A DNA stretch of 62,458 bases, the filler included, from Rhabdomonas costata (lineage: Eukaryota): the NCBI GenBank assembly GCA_019059605.1. It is 25 parts of 25 records of this genome, joined end to end, with 100 filler letters (N's around TTAATTAATTAA, not from the genome) between each part and the next. Parts side by side here need not be neighbours in the genome. Positions count along the whole stretch, not along the records: positions 37,560 to 39,951 come from JAHMHO010003600.1; positions 40,052 to 42,454 come from JAHMHO010003601.1; positions 42,555 to 44,955 come from JAHMHO010003602.1; positions 45,056 to 47,457 come from JAHMHO010003603.1; positions 47,558 to 49,958 come from JAHMHO010003604.1; 20 more parts are not named here. The stretch is one strand, 5' to 3'. A program made the translations under genes and the position numbers. Under the pieces are notes generated by a model. That model did not search any database. It was not told the DNA's origin and saw nothing but the letters and a program-made list of their open reading frames with translations. Shown one piece after another: positions 38,186 to 49,762 of this stretch. Every line of letters begins with the position of its first letter. The first letter of the stretch is position 1.

Positions 38186-38450
38186 CCAACGCGAATAAAT
38201 CCATCTCTTTCCCGACGAAAAGCAAGGTAAACAAAAGAGAAGGTTTGAATCAAAACCGTGGCCAGGAAAAGTAGAAGAAGAAGAAAAGCTCAAAAGGTCG
38301 AAATACTTCGACAGAAGTGATCTCCATCCCACGGACGCTCTTTTGAGAGCGTTTCTTCTTTCGCTGGAGAGAGATGAGCTTGGGGGGTTGGGGAAGGAGA
38401 TTCGCACCAAAACGTATGCCACACCCCACTCCACCACACCGCACATATAC

Positions 38451-38574
38451 CCTGCTTCTTCAGGTGGGCCGAGTAGACCCGGATGAAGTCCCTCGGCGCG
38501 ACATCCTTCAGCAGCACGGCGCGGCTGTGGACCTTCTTGGGCTTGTCCCCGGCGGCGGGCTTGGCAGTGGCCAT
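38451..38574 (-). CDS. RPS19: 40S ribosomal protein S19 (eS19), first coding exon
   Basis: MATAKPAAGDKPKKVHSRAVLLKDVAPRDFIRVYSAHLKKQG matches the eS19 N-terminal KDVxxxxFxxxxAxxLKKxG motif. Donor gtatat. Confidence 0.9.
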
Positions 38575-39105
38575 TTTGTCACTTTCCGAAAGGAAGGATT
38601 TTGCGAAGGAAGTGCTCCGGTGAGCGAAGGAGGCGGCTCCAAGGAATGAACGCTGGAGAGGGTGTGTGTGTGCGGCGAGCAAGCGGAGAGCGTAGGGACT
38701 GCACGACACAGGTTCACTCACAGAAGCAGTGCCCGCTGGAAGAGAAGAAAGTAAAAGAGGGGTAAGCAAGACACACGGGGTAAGCTACACATATGCCAGC
38801 CATTTTCCCACAACAAAGACAGCCCCTACATGGAGGGAAGGAACCGGTCAGCCTGCCCGTGCATCTGCGGTGTGAAACCAGTAAAAATATATGCCGCGGC
38901 ACAGATCACGGTAAGAACATTGTTGTCAATTACTAATTCGGGGGAAAAGGTAACACGCGCAATCTAACACACGCCAATTAAGAATTGGACACCTCTTTGT
39001 CTCCTTCCCGTTAGCAATGAAAAATCTCTGACCTCAATTCATCAGTAAAAAAACGAACCTTGCCATCAGATGAATGCAAAAAATGCAGAACCCAGGCGCA
39101 AAACG

Positions 39106-39162
39106 TCAGCAGAACGGTTGTTCTCATTGTAATCGACCGCAAATTGCTCATTCTGCCATCAC
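39106..39162 (-). ncRNA. Box C/D snoRNA, U16-like, copy C (upstream of RPS19 ATG)
   Basis: GTGATGG-cagaat-gagcaatttgcg-g-TCGA-ttacaatgagaacaaccgttctg-CTGA. Near-identical to copy A, including flanks. Confidence 0.75.
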
Positions 39163-39507
39163 CTCGTCGGCCGAAAAAGAAAACAAAAAGGAACAAAAAA
39201 ACAACTCGACCAGCTCCAATTTTTGCGATATCGTCGACACCGTTGACACCCAACGACACTTGTTCCACAATGGATCATGCAAAAGTTCGTAGCAACAAAA
39301 ACATCCTCCGAAAGTTATTGGCCATATTTGCGATATGAAGGTCCGTAGGTCCGTAAGTCAATTGCCACCGATCTGCTCACCTTTTTCCCGTTATCCCGAA
39401 TCTAGCGGAAAAAAAGACAATCTCACCCTTTGCTTAAAAACCAACCTCAGCCCACCACCTCGCACAGGCACGACACGCCTGGAAAAAACAGCAGAAGAAA
39501 ACAAAGC

Positions 39508-39568
39508 TCATTGAAGCCAAGAGGTTTGGTTTCATTGCGATCAGTCGCAAATTGCTCATTGCCATCAT
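39508..39568 (-). ncRNA. Box C/D snoRNA, U16-like, copy D
   Basis: ATGATGG-caat-gagcaatttgcg-a-CTGA(canonical D')-tcgcaatgaaaccaaacctcttggcttca-ATGA. Confidence 0.72.
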
Positions 39569-40187
39569 CCCGCCTTGAAATCAAAGAAATAATTGGTATC
39601 CCTAAAAGCATGCGGGCCAAGGTCAGCTCACTCGAGCTCAGCACAAGCAATGCCGCGGAGGCGAGGCGTGCAATTCTTTTGCTCACACAACAACTCAACC
39701 CACCCGAGCTTTACCACCTCAGCGTTGTTGCACAGAAATCCACCCCAAACTTATCCGTAGCGCTTTGATAGGAAATTGACACCATTCCAGTGATTCCTTA
39801 ACTTCCATTGGTCGTACTTGTGGCTCAGCATTCTTTTTAACCTAAAACCCCACAGCACTTGTTCTCTGAACGCACTTTGTGACATTTCCCGCGATCCCTA
39901 AGAAAGGCCATTTCAAATGGCCATTCCACGGAACTGCGATGCGATTTTTTTNNNNNNNNNNNNNNNNNNNNNNNNNNNNNNNNNNNNNNNNNNNNTTAAT
40001 TAATTAANNNNNNNNNNNNNNNNNNNNNNNNNNNNNNNNNNNNNNNNNNNNTTTTTGGGGGACAATCTACAGAATCTGTATGAGGCTTGTGTGCAGTGCT
40101 TTGATAAGTCTTCCACAGATTTAAAAATGTGCGAAAGAGAATAGTAGATGAATACTAAATATTAGGTGTGGTAGAGAGTACCACAGT

Positions 40188-40960
40188 GTGGATGAATGCA
40201 GTGAAGTGATTTCAGATCGGTACAAGGACATGAAAGAGAATGCAGAGATCACAAATCTAGTGGGTATTCTGGAGCATGGAAGAGTTGGAGCGGCTAAGGC
40301 TATGCAGGAGTTGAACGAGTGGAGGATGATTGCCCAGGGATCTCCACAGTTACCGACCATGAGTACCATTCCACAATTGTTGGAGGATCACTCCATTGTG
40401 AAGTATGTGATGGAGGTGGTTGAACAGATTGATGGATCGGTTCTGATTTCAGAACGTGAGAATATAGGGGGGTGATTAATGAGGTTTTGACGAAGAAGCT
40501 TGTTTCCAGATAATTGTTGTCACAGCTTCCAGAGACGAGGCAGTGGGTGAAGTATCGGGCCCCGAAGACCAACAGCCATCAGTTGCAGATACGTTAGATA
40601 TTTTGCGACAGCTGAAGATGGGTACGGGACAGTTTGTGGAACCTCACAGAGGAGGTAAGGAGGTAATGCATAGCAAGTGACGGGAAGCACGGTAACCGTG
40701 GTGGACAGAGCCATGCCAATGTCTTCCATAGAGAGTGCAGTTCCCAAGGCGGCTCTAGATACAGTTCCAATGTTGGGTACAGCATTCGATTACAGAAACC
40801 AAGAGGTAGCGTAGCGATGCCACTGGAGCAGTATACAATCATACGTGGTCAGGGACCAGTTCCATACCAGAGGCTACGTTTTCAAAGATTAAACCAAGCC
40901 AGACGACCACAATTAAAGTGATTTCCACAGGCAACAGGTTATATTGCACATCCACACATG
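40188..40960 (+). mobile_element. Decayed hAT-like transposase remnant
   Basis: 40855-40959 reads TSSIPEATFSKIKPSQTTTIKVISTGNRLYCTSTH, resembling the hAT dimerisation motif TSAxxERxFSxLKxxxTxxRxxxSxxRL. Upstream frames are broken. Confidence 0.35.
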
Positions 40961-42733
40961 CGAACCGCGCTAACGCCAAACACACACATCTGCTGGTGCT
41001 TCGGGTATGCGCGGCTCTCGTCTGAGGTTTATCAGTGGTTCTTCTGCTGCATCTCCTCTGTAAAAACACAATTAAAGGCAAAACGCAACCAAAATTGAAA
41101 TAAAAGCTACCCTTTAGGTTTAATTGTTAACTGAATCGCGCAATATACAAAACATGATCAAGGAACTCTCTGTAATTCTCGTAGTTCTTGGAGTTCAGGG
41201 GCACCGGGTAGTCAGGACAAATTCTTGAAATTTGCCTGACCTGTGAAAACTCTGAAGAAAGGTGAGGATGCAAACCTCTTCCTCCGGAGCCCTGGAACAC
41301 ACCTTGTTTATTTTCTAATGCCGTCGGGTAGTGTGCTTGATACCTCTTTCCACGCCACTTACATCACTTGGCCTGGCTCTCTGCATCGCCAGGTGTCTTC
41401 ACAACTGTCTCTCTGCTGGCCTTCCATCTCTCATTTTGCACTCATCTGCTCGACTTCTCGCCCATCTGATTGATATATAGCCTGAACAATGGCCCTGGAC
41501 ATGATATGGCTCACTAGTGGCTGAGTTTCACCTTCAGCTAACTCTTGACCTTCTGGTAATTCTGGAAACTTATGTAAAATGTCTGCTTTCAACGAACGTG
41601 ACTTTTCTCCTCTGTATATGTCTCTGTATGTAGAACACCTGGGTAATCTGGACCGTTACACTCTCCACTGATGGGACGGAGGATTTCTCCATCAGACGGC
41701 CGACGGCCAATAACACGAACGGTCCACTTGAAAGACTAAACTGTGAAAGCACATTTTCCACTGTAGATGTGTATTCCTCTATACACACGTGTGTATGGTA
41801 TGTATGTATACAACAGGATCGTCTTTGAGGAAACATGACATGAATATGAACCAACTGTGGATGGTAGGGACACGTATCTGGCGCATCAGCACAACAGTCT
41901 GTGGAAAGGATCCACACAATCCACAAACCTCACACATATCGATTGTAAGCTGTGGAAACACCACACACGCTCTGGAAAAACGACACACACTCACACTTAC
42001 ACAAAATAATAGCTCTGATCGTGTGCAAAAACATACAATTCTGGAACTCTACAGCGTTCATACACTAAAAACTGTTTTTTCAACACTCCTCTGGATCGCA
42101 CATCAACAAACTACAGAAATCTGCATTTAAATGCCTAAGCGCTTCCATAAACGTAAGTGAGGGTGTGGTGGTGGTTGTGGCACCTTACTTGCGGATGTCT
42201 CCTCAAACGACTGTGACTGTGTGGTTTGTGGCTTGGAATTTGCTTGCGGCATGGCACCTAACCATATGTCACCTCAAACTTCTGCTGGTGCTTCTTCTAG
42301 CTAACGCCTTTTATTCAGACATTAATGCTGCTTCAAATGGGGTTTATTGATTGGGTATGCTCTTGGTAAACTCTCTGTAGATGTGAAAGGTACTGCCATT
42401 GCCACTCCAGTCACTGCAGTTCCATTCACATCTACAGAGAGTTTACCAAAAACCNNNNNNNNNNNNNNNNNNNNNNNNNNNNNNNNNNNNNNNNNNNNTT
42501 AATTAATTAANNNNNNNNNNNNNNNNNNNNNNNNNNNNNNNNNNNNNNNNNNNNGTTGTGGGGTGAGAAATGAAAGTGCTGCTACCCGTTCACTCATTGA
42601 ATCAGCTTCTTTGGTGCTCCACGTTCTGCAAGAGATTTCCCTAACATCTGGCATCTCGCACTTTCCCATTTGGGATGTGGTGGATGTGGAGAAACGTGTG
42701 TGCCGGGTGTTTTGTGCTTTATGTGGCGCACAG

Positions 42734-43596
42734 GTCAGCGTGAGTGAGAAAAGGGGTGTGATGACCCTCCGTGCGCACACTCACCGTGAGCGGTGCGAGA
42801 GTAGCACCGGAAAGACCATGATTCTTGCCCGCACGCTCTCCAACTTCGCCCAGGTGCCCATCTCCTTCCTCCCTTGCCAGTGGCCCATCGCGGTGACACT
42901 CATGATCCCCTGCCCACTTTTCTATGGATGTTAGCACCCTCTGCTCAACTCTTGCTCGGGTTTAACAAGCTTACTGGCCTTCAGTACATACCTATAGGGA
43001 GGCGAAACAAACCATGCCTTGAATCGATTCCGTTGAGCAGTTAAAGATCCCCGTTTGCTCGCTTCTCTTCTCATCTTCTTCAAACACCACCCTGCTGGCC
43101 TCTCACCAGATGTGCTGACCTCTTACTCGCATCTCGAGCTGCTAGCCTCAGATTATGAGGTGACATCCCAGACAGTTAAGTCATAGTAGACTGTTCTTGC
43201 CGCTGCATCATCATTCTAGCGAGACTGTCCTTAGAAACCTTTTCAACATTTGCTAGACTGTCCCTTATCGGGGTGGGGGGGCTGGGACCCAGCCGTCATC
43301 TGCTTCCTGGACAGGCCTCGTGGCTTGTCTGTGTTTGCGCCCCGCATCCCACCTGCTCACTTGTCTCGTTCAAACTCGAACCTCTTTTGCAGGTTCCTTC
43401 CTGCAGCCTTCTGGTAAAGCTCATTGTCGTCCGCAAGAAAGGGGTGAGCAGCAGTAGCGTTGGACAGAGCAGCAGCAGCAGGGGCGGCGGCGGCGGCGGC
43501 GCGGCCTCCGCAGAGTCCGAAAGCAGCGACACTGATGACGCCGAGAGCCGGGCCAGCGGGGAGCCTCCTGCAAAGAGGTCCGAAACTACCGACTGA
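42734..43596 (+). CDS. Hypothetical protein, last two exons 42734-42853, 43393-43596
   Basis: Phase-0 GT-AG join gives VSVSEKRGVMTLRAHTHRERCESSTGKTMILARTLSNFAQ|VPSCSLLVKLIVVRKK, then a Ser/Gly/acidic tail with PPAKRS (NLS-like) and TGA. Confidence 0.7.
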
Positions 43597-45351
43597 CCAC
43601 CGGGCACAGTTGTTTGCTGAATACAAAGCTGCATCGGGCACGGGCAGCTTGTGGTGTTCATAAGTATAGGTTCATCAACGGCCACGATGGCCTGCTCACA
43701 TTGGGGCTATGGGGGTGCCTCAGATGGTCACTTGCGCGGCTCCCGTGCAGCGCTGCATTTCCTTCTGAGATGCCGCGGCGAATTCGTGGTATTTTCGATG
43801 TCCTTTCTGCCGACCTGTGTTTTACGTGCGACCTTCGATCGGAGCAGCGGACAATAGACTTCCAGCGTGATGGTGTACAGTTTTTCTCTCTGACTGCTAG
43901 CTCATTTGTGCTGGAGCGGGGATGCATTTGGCCGACGTGTGGTCTCGCGGTCTGATTTGTGGGTTCATGGCTCTGCCTCCTCGTGGCTCCTCGCGGTCGC
44001 CCTGGCTCGGTGGGTTGCATTCTACAGACCTCGCCGTCGCCACAGTATACGTTGTGTACAGCGGTCGGCAAAAGAATGTTACTGTGGGGGTAAAAGTGAG
44101 ATGTGAGGTCATTCAGAGGGCCTCTTAGCCTTCCTTCTGCTTCTTGACGATGCTTTTAGCAATCCATCGCCTTTGGTAAGTTGAGGTATCTCTGCCCACG
44201 TCGCACTCGAATGCCCGTTAAAGCTCCACATGGTTTGCGCCTGATAGCGGTTGTGATATCGTGGTGATACTTCGCCTTCTTTGCAACCCAAAAAATTGAC
44301 CTAAGTACATGTATGTGTGTGGGGGTTCGCAGTGCCCTGCCTCGTACTTCTTCTGGCACCCCGGGCAGCACGGGCTGGGATCGATCACAGGCTCGTCCAC
44401 TGCAGATGACGCCGATGGAGGGCTGCTGCGACCCCCGCCCTGGCCCGCCTCTACGTCGCGCTCGCCGCTGGTCGCTGACATGGCTGACTCCTGACGCACC
44501 TCACTCCCTTTCTGTCTGTCCGCTGCAGCCCCTCGTTTATATTGCTTCTGTCGGTGTTAATTCAAGGGTGAAAGAGAAAGAACAGAGGAAACAGGCTGCA
44601 GGGGGAAGACAAATTCTGTCCCTAACAAATATTTCCGAACCGGGACAGCAGGCAAAGGAGTTTTGGTAAATATCAGTACCGTTGGTGATTCCGGCATGAG
44701 TGCATTTATGCCCCCCCCCCCTTAACCCGCTTTAACCCGCGAACACATGTCCAACAAATGAAAGCACCAAGGATCTTGGGCCGCTGCGCTCTGCGGTCCA
44801 AGACATCCTGGAAAGAGTCCCCGTAAGCACGGGGATCGCCTCCTAACCTCCTGATTCCTATAATAAAATCCCAGGGGACCAGTGCATCGCCACCTAACTC
44901 CCTGCACTCCCAGGGAGCGGCACACAAAAGCACTACCTCACAGCCCAAACAGGGTNNNNNNNNNNNNNNNNNNNNNNNNNNNNNNNNNNNNNNNNNNNNT
45001 TAATTAATTAANNNNNNNNNNNNNNNNNNNNNNNNNNNNNNNNNNNNNNNNNNNNGTGGGTGTGTTTTCGATTTCTGGGTTCCGCTTGCTCTGGAAAAGT
45101 GGCCTTGAGACGGGATTGGTGGGCATTCAGGCAAATAAAGCCCTCAAATAAAGCACCCCAATGCCGGAACCGGCATGTTTTCTGAATGCTTTCCAGCGCG
45201 TTTAAACTCATCGTCGCACTTGAGTCCTGTAGGTCCTTGGGGTGCAAAGTTGTCCAAACTATCAGTATCAAAGGCAAGTCAATTGATGAAATTAGTAACT
45301 TTCCAGTGGAACTTTTCACGAAATATGGGGAAGGTATCTCGTTGTTCGATT

Positions 45352-45408
45352 GATTTGGACTGATTTGGACTTGATTGAGTTCGTTTGATTTGGACTGATT
45401 TGTACTTG
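45352..45408. repeat. Degenerate 11-bp tandem repeat (gatttggactt)
   Basis: About five copies, two of them perfect. Confidence 0.8.
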
Positions 45409-47557
45409 GGGCTAGGTGTGCCCACTTGGGGTTAGGCGCCCGGACCTACAGGCACGGTCTTATCAGGAAGAGTCCCGGGTGAGGTTGACCATGGGCTGGG
45501 CAAGCGTGACACAACACCGCCCGCAAAACAAGCATTTGAGCAGTCCAAACACTTTTAATTAGATGTGTGTAATTGAATCGGCCATTCCACACCCAGTGGT
45601 TGAAACAGAGCGTTAGCCCCCCGGCAAACTACAGCGCATCTAATTGAGCCTTCTTGTCATTCTACTTCCGTTTGCCCTGACTATGTCTGGTGTAGCTTCC
45701 ATCTCGGCATCGATCCTTGTGCTGCTCTCTTCCTGCCACAAGCAGTTTGGGACAACGATTCATCCCGCAAAACAAATGCCAACGGCCCGCTTTCCCGAGT
45801 GCGGGCCGTGTTTCCTTGGCGCCTATTGTGTTGAGGTGTGTGACGATTGGGGACCGCGACGGGTGAACGACACACCATGGAGAATTTAGTGAATTGGGTG
45901 ACCGAAAGAAAGAATACCAAAACCCTGAAGTTATAAATATAAATAAAAATTTTCAACACACCCACACCCACACAAAAAATACCAAAATTCCCTTGGATCC
46001 TTTTCCCCCCCGGATCAGAAACAAATGCGCAAAGGCGGGTTTTGTGGTCAGGCTCTTCCTTCTGAGGCGGTCGTCGTAATCGCGGCGGCGCCCCCGGGAC
46101 CAAGGTAACGGTTCCTTTTGCATTTGCCTGGGCTTGTCCTTGGCGTACAGCCTTGGGCACCTTGATTGGTGTGAATATTTGGTTTTCATCAGTTGGTCGA
46201 CCCTTCTGACGTGTTTGCCTTCCCGCCATTTTGTCCGTGTTACCTTGCTTTCGGTCCCCCCCTTTTTTTTCTTCATCTACTTCTTTTGAACAAATCGCCC
46301 GGCCCCTTGGTCTACCTTGGTTCCGCCGCCCACTTGAATCACGCCTTCCACAACACCTAAAATAACCGAACGCCATCCCGAAACCATGCCCATTTTTAAT
46401 CCGCCCTATCCCGAAAAACCTCCACCCTACCCCCGGTAACCTAACCGTAAAAACACAAAACGACCAGTAGGAGCGTCTTCGCGTGGATAAAATGATAAAG
46501 AACACGTTGGTTTTGCAGCCCACGGAATTTTTCAAGGTTTTTTTTTGTTTTCGATGAAATGGAGAAGTTGGTCGAAATAAATTAGAACGGGATGGTCGAC
46601 CAGCGAAGCTGGATTTGAGAAAAGAAGAAAGCGCTGTTGGTGGCATGAGACTTCATAAAAGGAATCGGGATAAAAAGAATCGGGATAAACCAAGCCTCGT
46701 ACTAGGTGTTTCCGCCCAGGCAAACCGCGGCAACGCTCACTTAGCGAAATCTAAGTCGGAATAAAAGTTTTCAGAAGCGGAGCTCACCCGCAAGACGGCG
46801 ATGCCATGATCCGTTTGTTGTTGCGTTAGGTTTTTGCACCCACTTCGTTTGATTCATTCTTTTGGCGTTCCTTTCCGACCGCGCGCCCGTACAGCCTCCG
46901 ATCCGCCGAGGGCTCCGAACTCTTCGGTAACGGAATCCATGTCAACACCCCAATGCTGGCGCCTACACTTTCTTTATTCTTTCGTTTCTTGCGTGCGCGC
47001 CTCCCCGGTGTTGTCCTTTGCCTTCTTCCTGCGGCCGTGATTGGTGTGCGAGATCCTCTTTTTCCCACACCCTGCCAGTTTGGACTTTTGAGATGTGTTC
47101 CCTCTGTCGGTCTTCCTCGGCGGGCTGCGGTTGTTGTGATCCTCCGCCTTTTTCGAACCATGGTAATATGGTAATCTGGCCCGCGTTGCATCTGGTCGCT
47201 TTCCGGTTTTTTCACAGTTCACGACCGGAAGCCCAACTTTTCGATGGGACAGGTCAATAGATCTACGCGAAAGTGTACACTACTAGCGCAATTAATCCCA
47301 GCCAACCTTTCTGGAAACAGGGATCAATCAAAGGGTGGCAGGTGATGCAAAATAATGAAATTAAAAACGAAGAAATCACGCCACGGTACCCCCCCGATCG
47401 CGCATCGTACTCAATATGATGAGTGATTTTCCAACTCGGGCGCAAACCACCAAAACCNNNNNNNNNNNNNNNNNNNNNNNNNNNNNNNNNNNNNNNNNNN
47501 NTTAATTAATTAANNNNNNNNNNNNNNNNNNNNNNNNNNNNNNNNNNNNNNNNNNNN

Positions 47558-48331
47558 GGCACTGACTAAGTCGCCCAAGTGCCGAAGGGCAGGAGACCAC
47601 CAGAAGATTCTGTGCAGCTTCAAAGCAATCGCCGCATCATCGAGAAGATCAGACCAGTGGATGTGATTGTGGAAACTTGCCAAATCGTTTGAAAGACCAT
47701 CCCATCGAAAAGTTAAGAGTTTCTTCATCATGACGGGTACCAGCGAAACATTCACCACACTCCCTTTTGTCGCAAGGGTGCCCCGGCAGGCAACCACGGG
47801 AGAGCCATCCGGTCGCTCGGCAAAGAAGCCATCCTCTGTAGCAGCACGAATGTCGTATCCCCGCAGCACCTCTTTGAAAGGCAGCCGCCTGACCTGATCT
47901 CTGAGATGTGCTAAACGGGAGCTGTCATCCTTTCCCAAACATTCGTATGCAAGCGCAGAGAGGTGCGCATTTTCACAAGCCAGTCGCGGTATGGCGGCAT
48001 TTGAAAGCGGTGGAAATCGGTCAGGATCACAGAGCAGGCGTACAGCTGGGGACGTGAGCAAAAGGATCTCTTTCTCTCGTGCAGGCAAAATCGGGGTCTC
48101 AACAGTAATGTTCTTCGTCAGCAAGCTCCAACATGCCCGGGCGTCCATCTCATTGTGCCAACCCCCAAGCTCACCCTCCGTGAGGTGCACCACTCGAAAT
48201 TTAAAAACGTTCCAGTCCCAGAAGCGACGCGCAAAAAGTCCCGCTGCACCTGGAAAACAACGGTAACGCTGAAGAATCAAAGGGTCTGTTTTCTCCAGGG
48301 TTTCCCAAAACAGCCAACCCGAGCCACTTGG
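47558..48331 (-). CDS. Class-3 lipase-like alpha/beta hydrolase, partial (long exon)
   Basis: Open for >250 codons, with AHLSALAYE...VVACRGT...DLLDD matching the Lipase_3 N-terminal motifs. The contig ends before the GHSLG nucleophile elbow. Confidence 0.6.
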
Positions 48332-49726
48332 CTGAGGTTGAGCATACATCGAATTAAAAAAGAAAAGAAAAGCGACTTCGAAGGGAGGGCAGAGACAGTG
48401 AAAGGGAAGGTTTAGCACAGAACTTAGACCACTAACAAGCACGATTTTCAAATAGGCTCCCCACCCAATGTTGCATGGACCCATCGGGCCTCACCCCCTT
48501 CTCCATCTCTATGCCTCGCCGCCTCCCATCTCTCCCCCTGCCTCACAGAGTTGGGCCCCCCTCGGGACCTGCGACCGATGTTGTACGCGGGGCCTTCGGA
48601 ACGACTGGTCCGTTTGGAGTTCGTTCACAGCCGCCAACCCTCCGTGCTCGAACAACCCGGTTGGATTGAAGTCCCCTTACACCTTTGCGTAGGCCTGAGT
48701 CCTGCCTTACTGTGCAGCACTCACGTTTGCCATAGCATGCACTCCTTCTCTCCTTCTTTCTGTGCAGGCACGCACACGCACACTAGGTGCACTTGGCAAG
48801 GATGAATTTTTCTGGGGTCCCACCTTTCGATGGTACCTTGTCCCGCTGTCTTGTCACGTAGGATTGACTTACACAACGTGAATCCCACTCCACAGTGTAC
48901 GCGGGGCCCTGGGAACCCCGCACGTTTAGAGACTCTCTCACTCTGAACGCCGAGGGGTAATTTCGGTTTTGTCATGAGCAACGATTATTCCGGTCTGGTG
49001 GCCCCGGAGGATGCGGGCTTGTCAGGCCCTGCACCCGCGCCAGGGTTTTCCCGCTTATTGTCCCCAGAGACCCCTCAGAACACTGCTTCTCTCCTTGAGC
49101 ACCATCTTCTCCACCTCTGTCACCATGGCTTTCACCTCTCTCACTTTCTTTTTTCGGGCGATACCCTCTTCTTTTTTTAGGACAAAAGCCTGTTTTGTTT
49201 TTTCCTCTTTTCTCTTTTTATTCCCTCCCTTCCCTCCTTTCCCCCCTACTTCTCTTGTTCTTTTTCCTATCCTTTTCCCCCTCCCTGCTGCACACTGGCG
49301 GCTCCAGCCGACTGCGTCCCGCTCTCTCTTGTTCCCGTCCTTTCCCGCTGCTTCACGCTGGGGCGACTCTCTGCTAACAACCGACTTCTTTGCTGCGTCC
49401 AGACCTTCACGCTGTTGACTGCGTCGCCACCTAGCCTGCGGGGTTTTTTGTGGTTCCCTTTTTCCAGCGACACAGCTGCCAAGTCTAATTGACACGGAGA
49501 CTGCACAATTCTGCGTAATTCCCCATTGAACCGCACTCGTTTGAGTCCGAGAACAAACACGCACGCACACGCACGCACGTGCACACACACACACACACAT
49601 GCAAACGAACACATGGTTCATTTAGTGGCACGACAAGCAGCCGAGACTCCGGGGACAAGTTGGGCGATGACTCCTCCCCAGTGGATTGCATACAGTCCCT
49701 TCTCGCAGCGTTTGAAACGCTTGAGC

Positions 49727-49762
49727 CGGCGGCGGCGGCGGCGGCAGCAGCAGCAGCAGCAG
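49727..49762. repeat. Compound (GCG)n(GCA)n microsatellite
   Basis: Seen directly; may encode poly-Ala in an unresolved exon. Confidence 0.85.

Noticed and set aside
39024-39045. tgacctcaattca resembling the LSU 5' end (U8-like guide)
   Set aside because: A short imperfect match with no properly placed D box, and the host LSU sequence is unknown.
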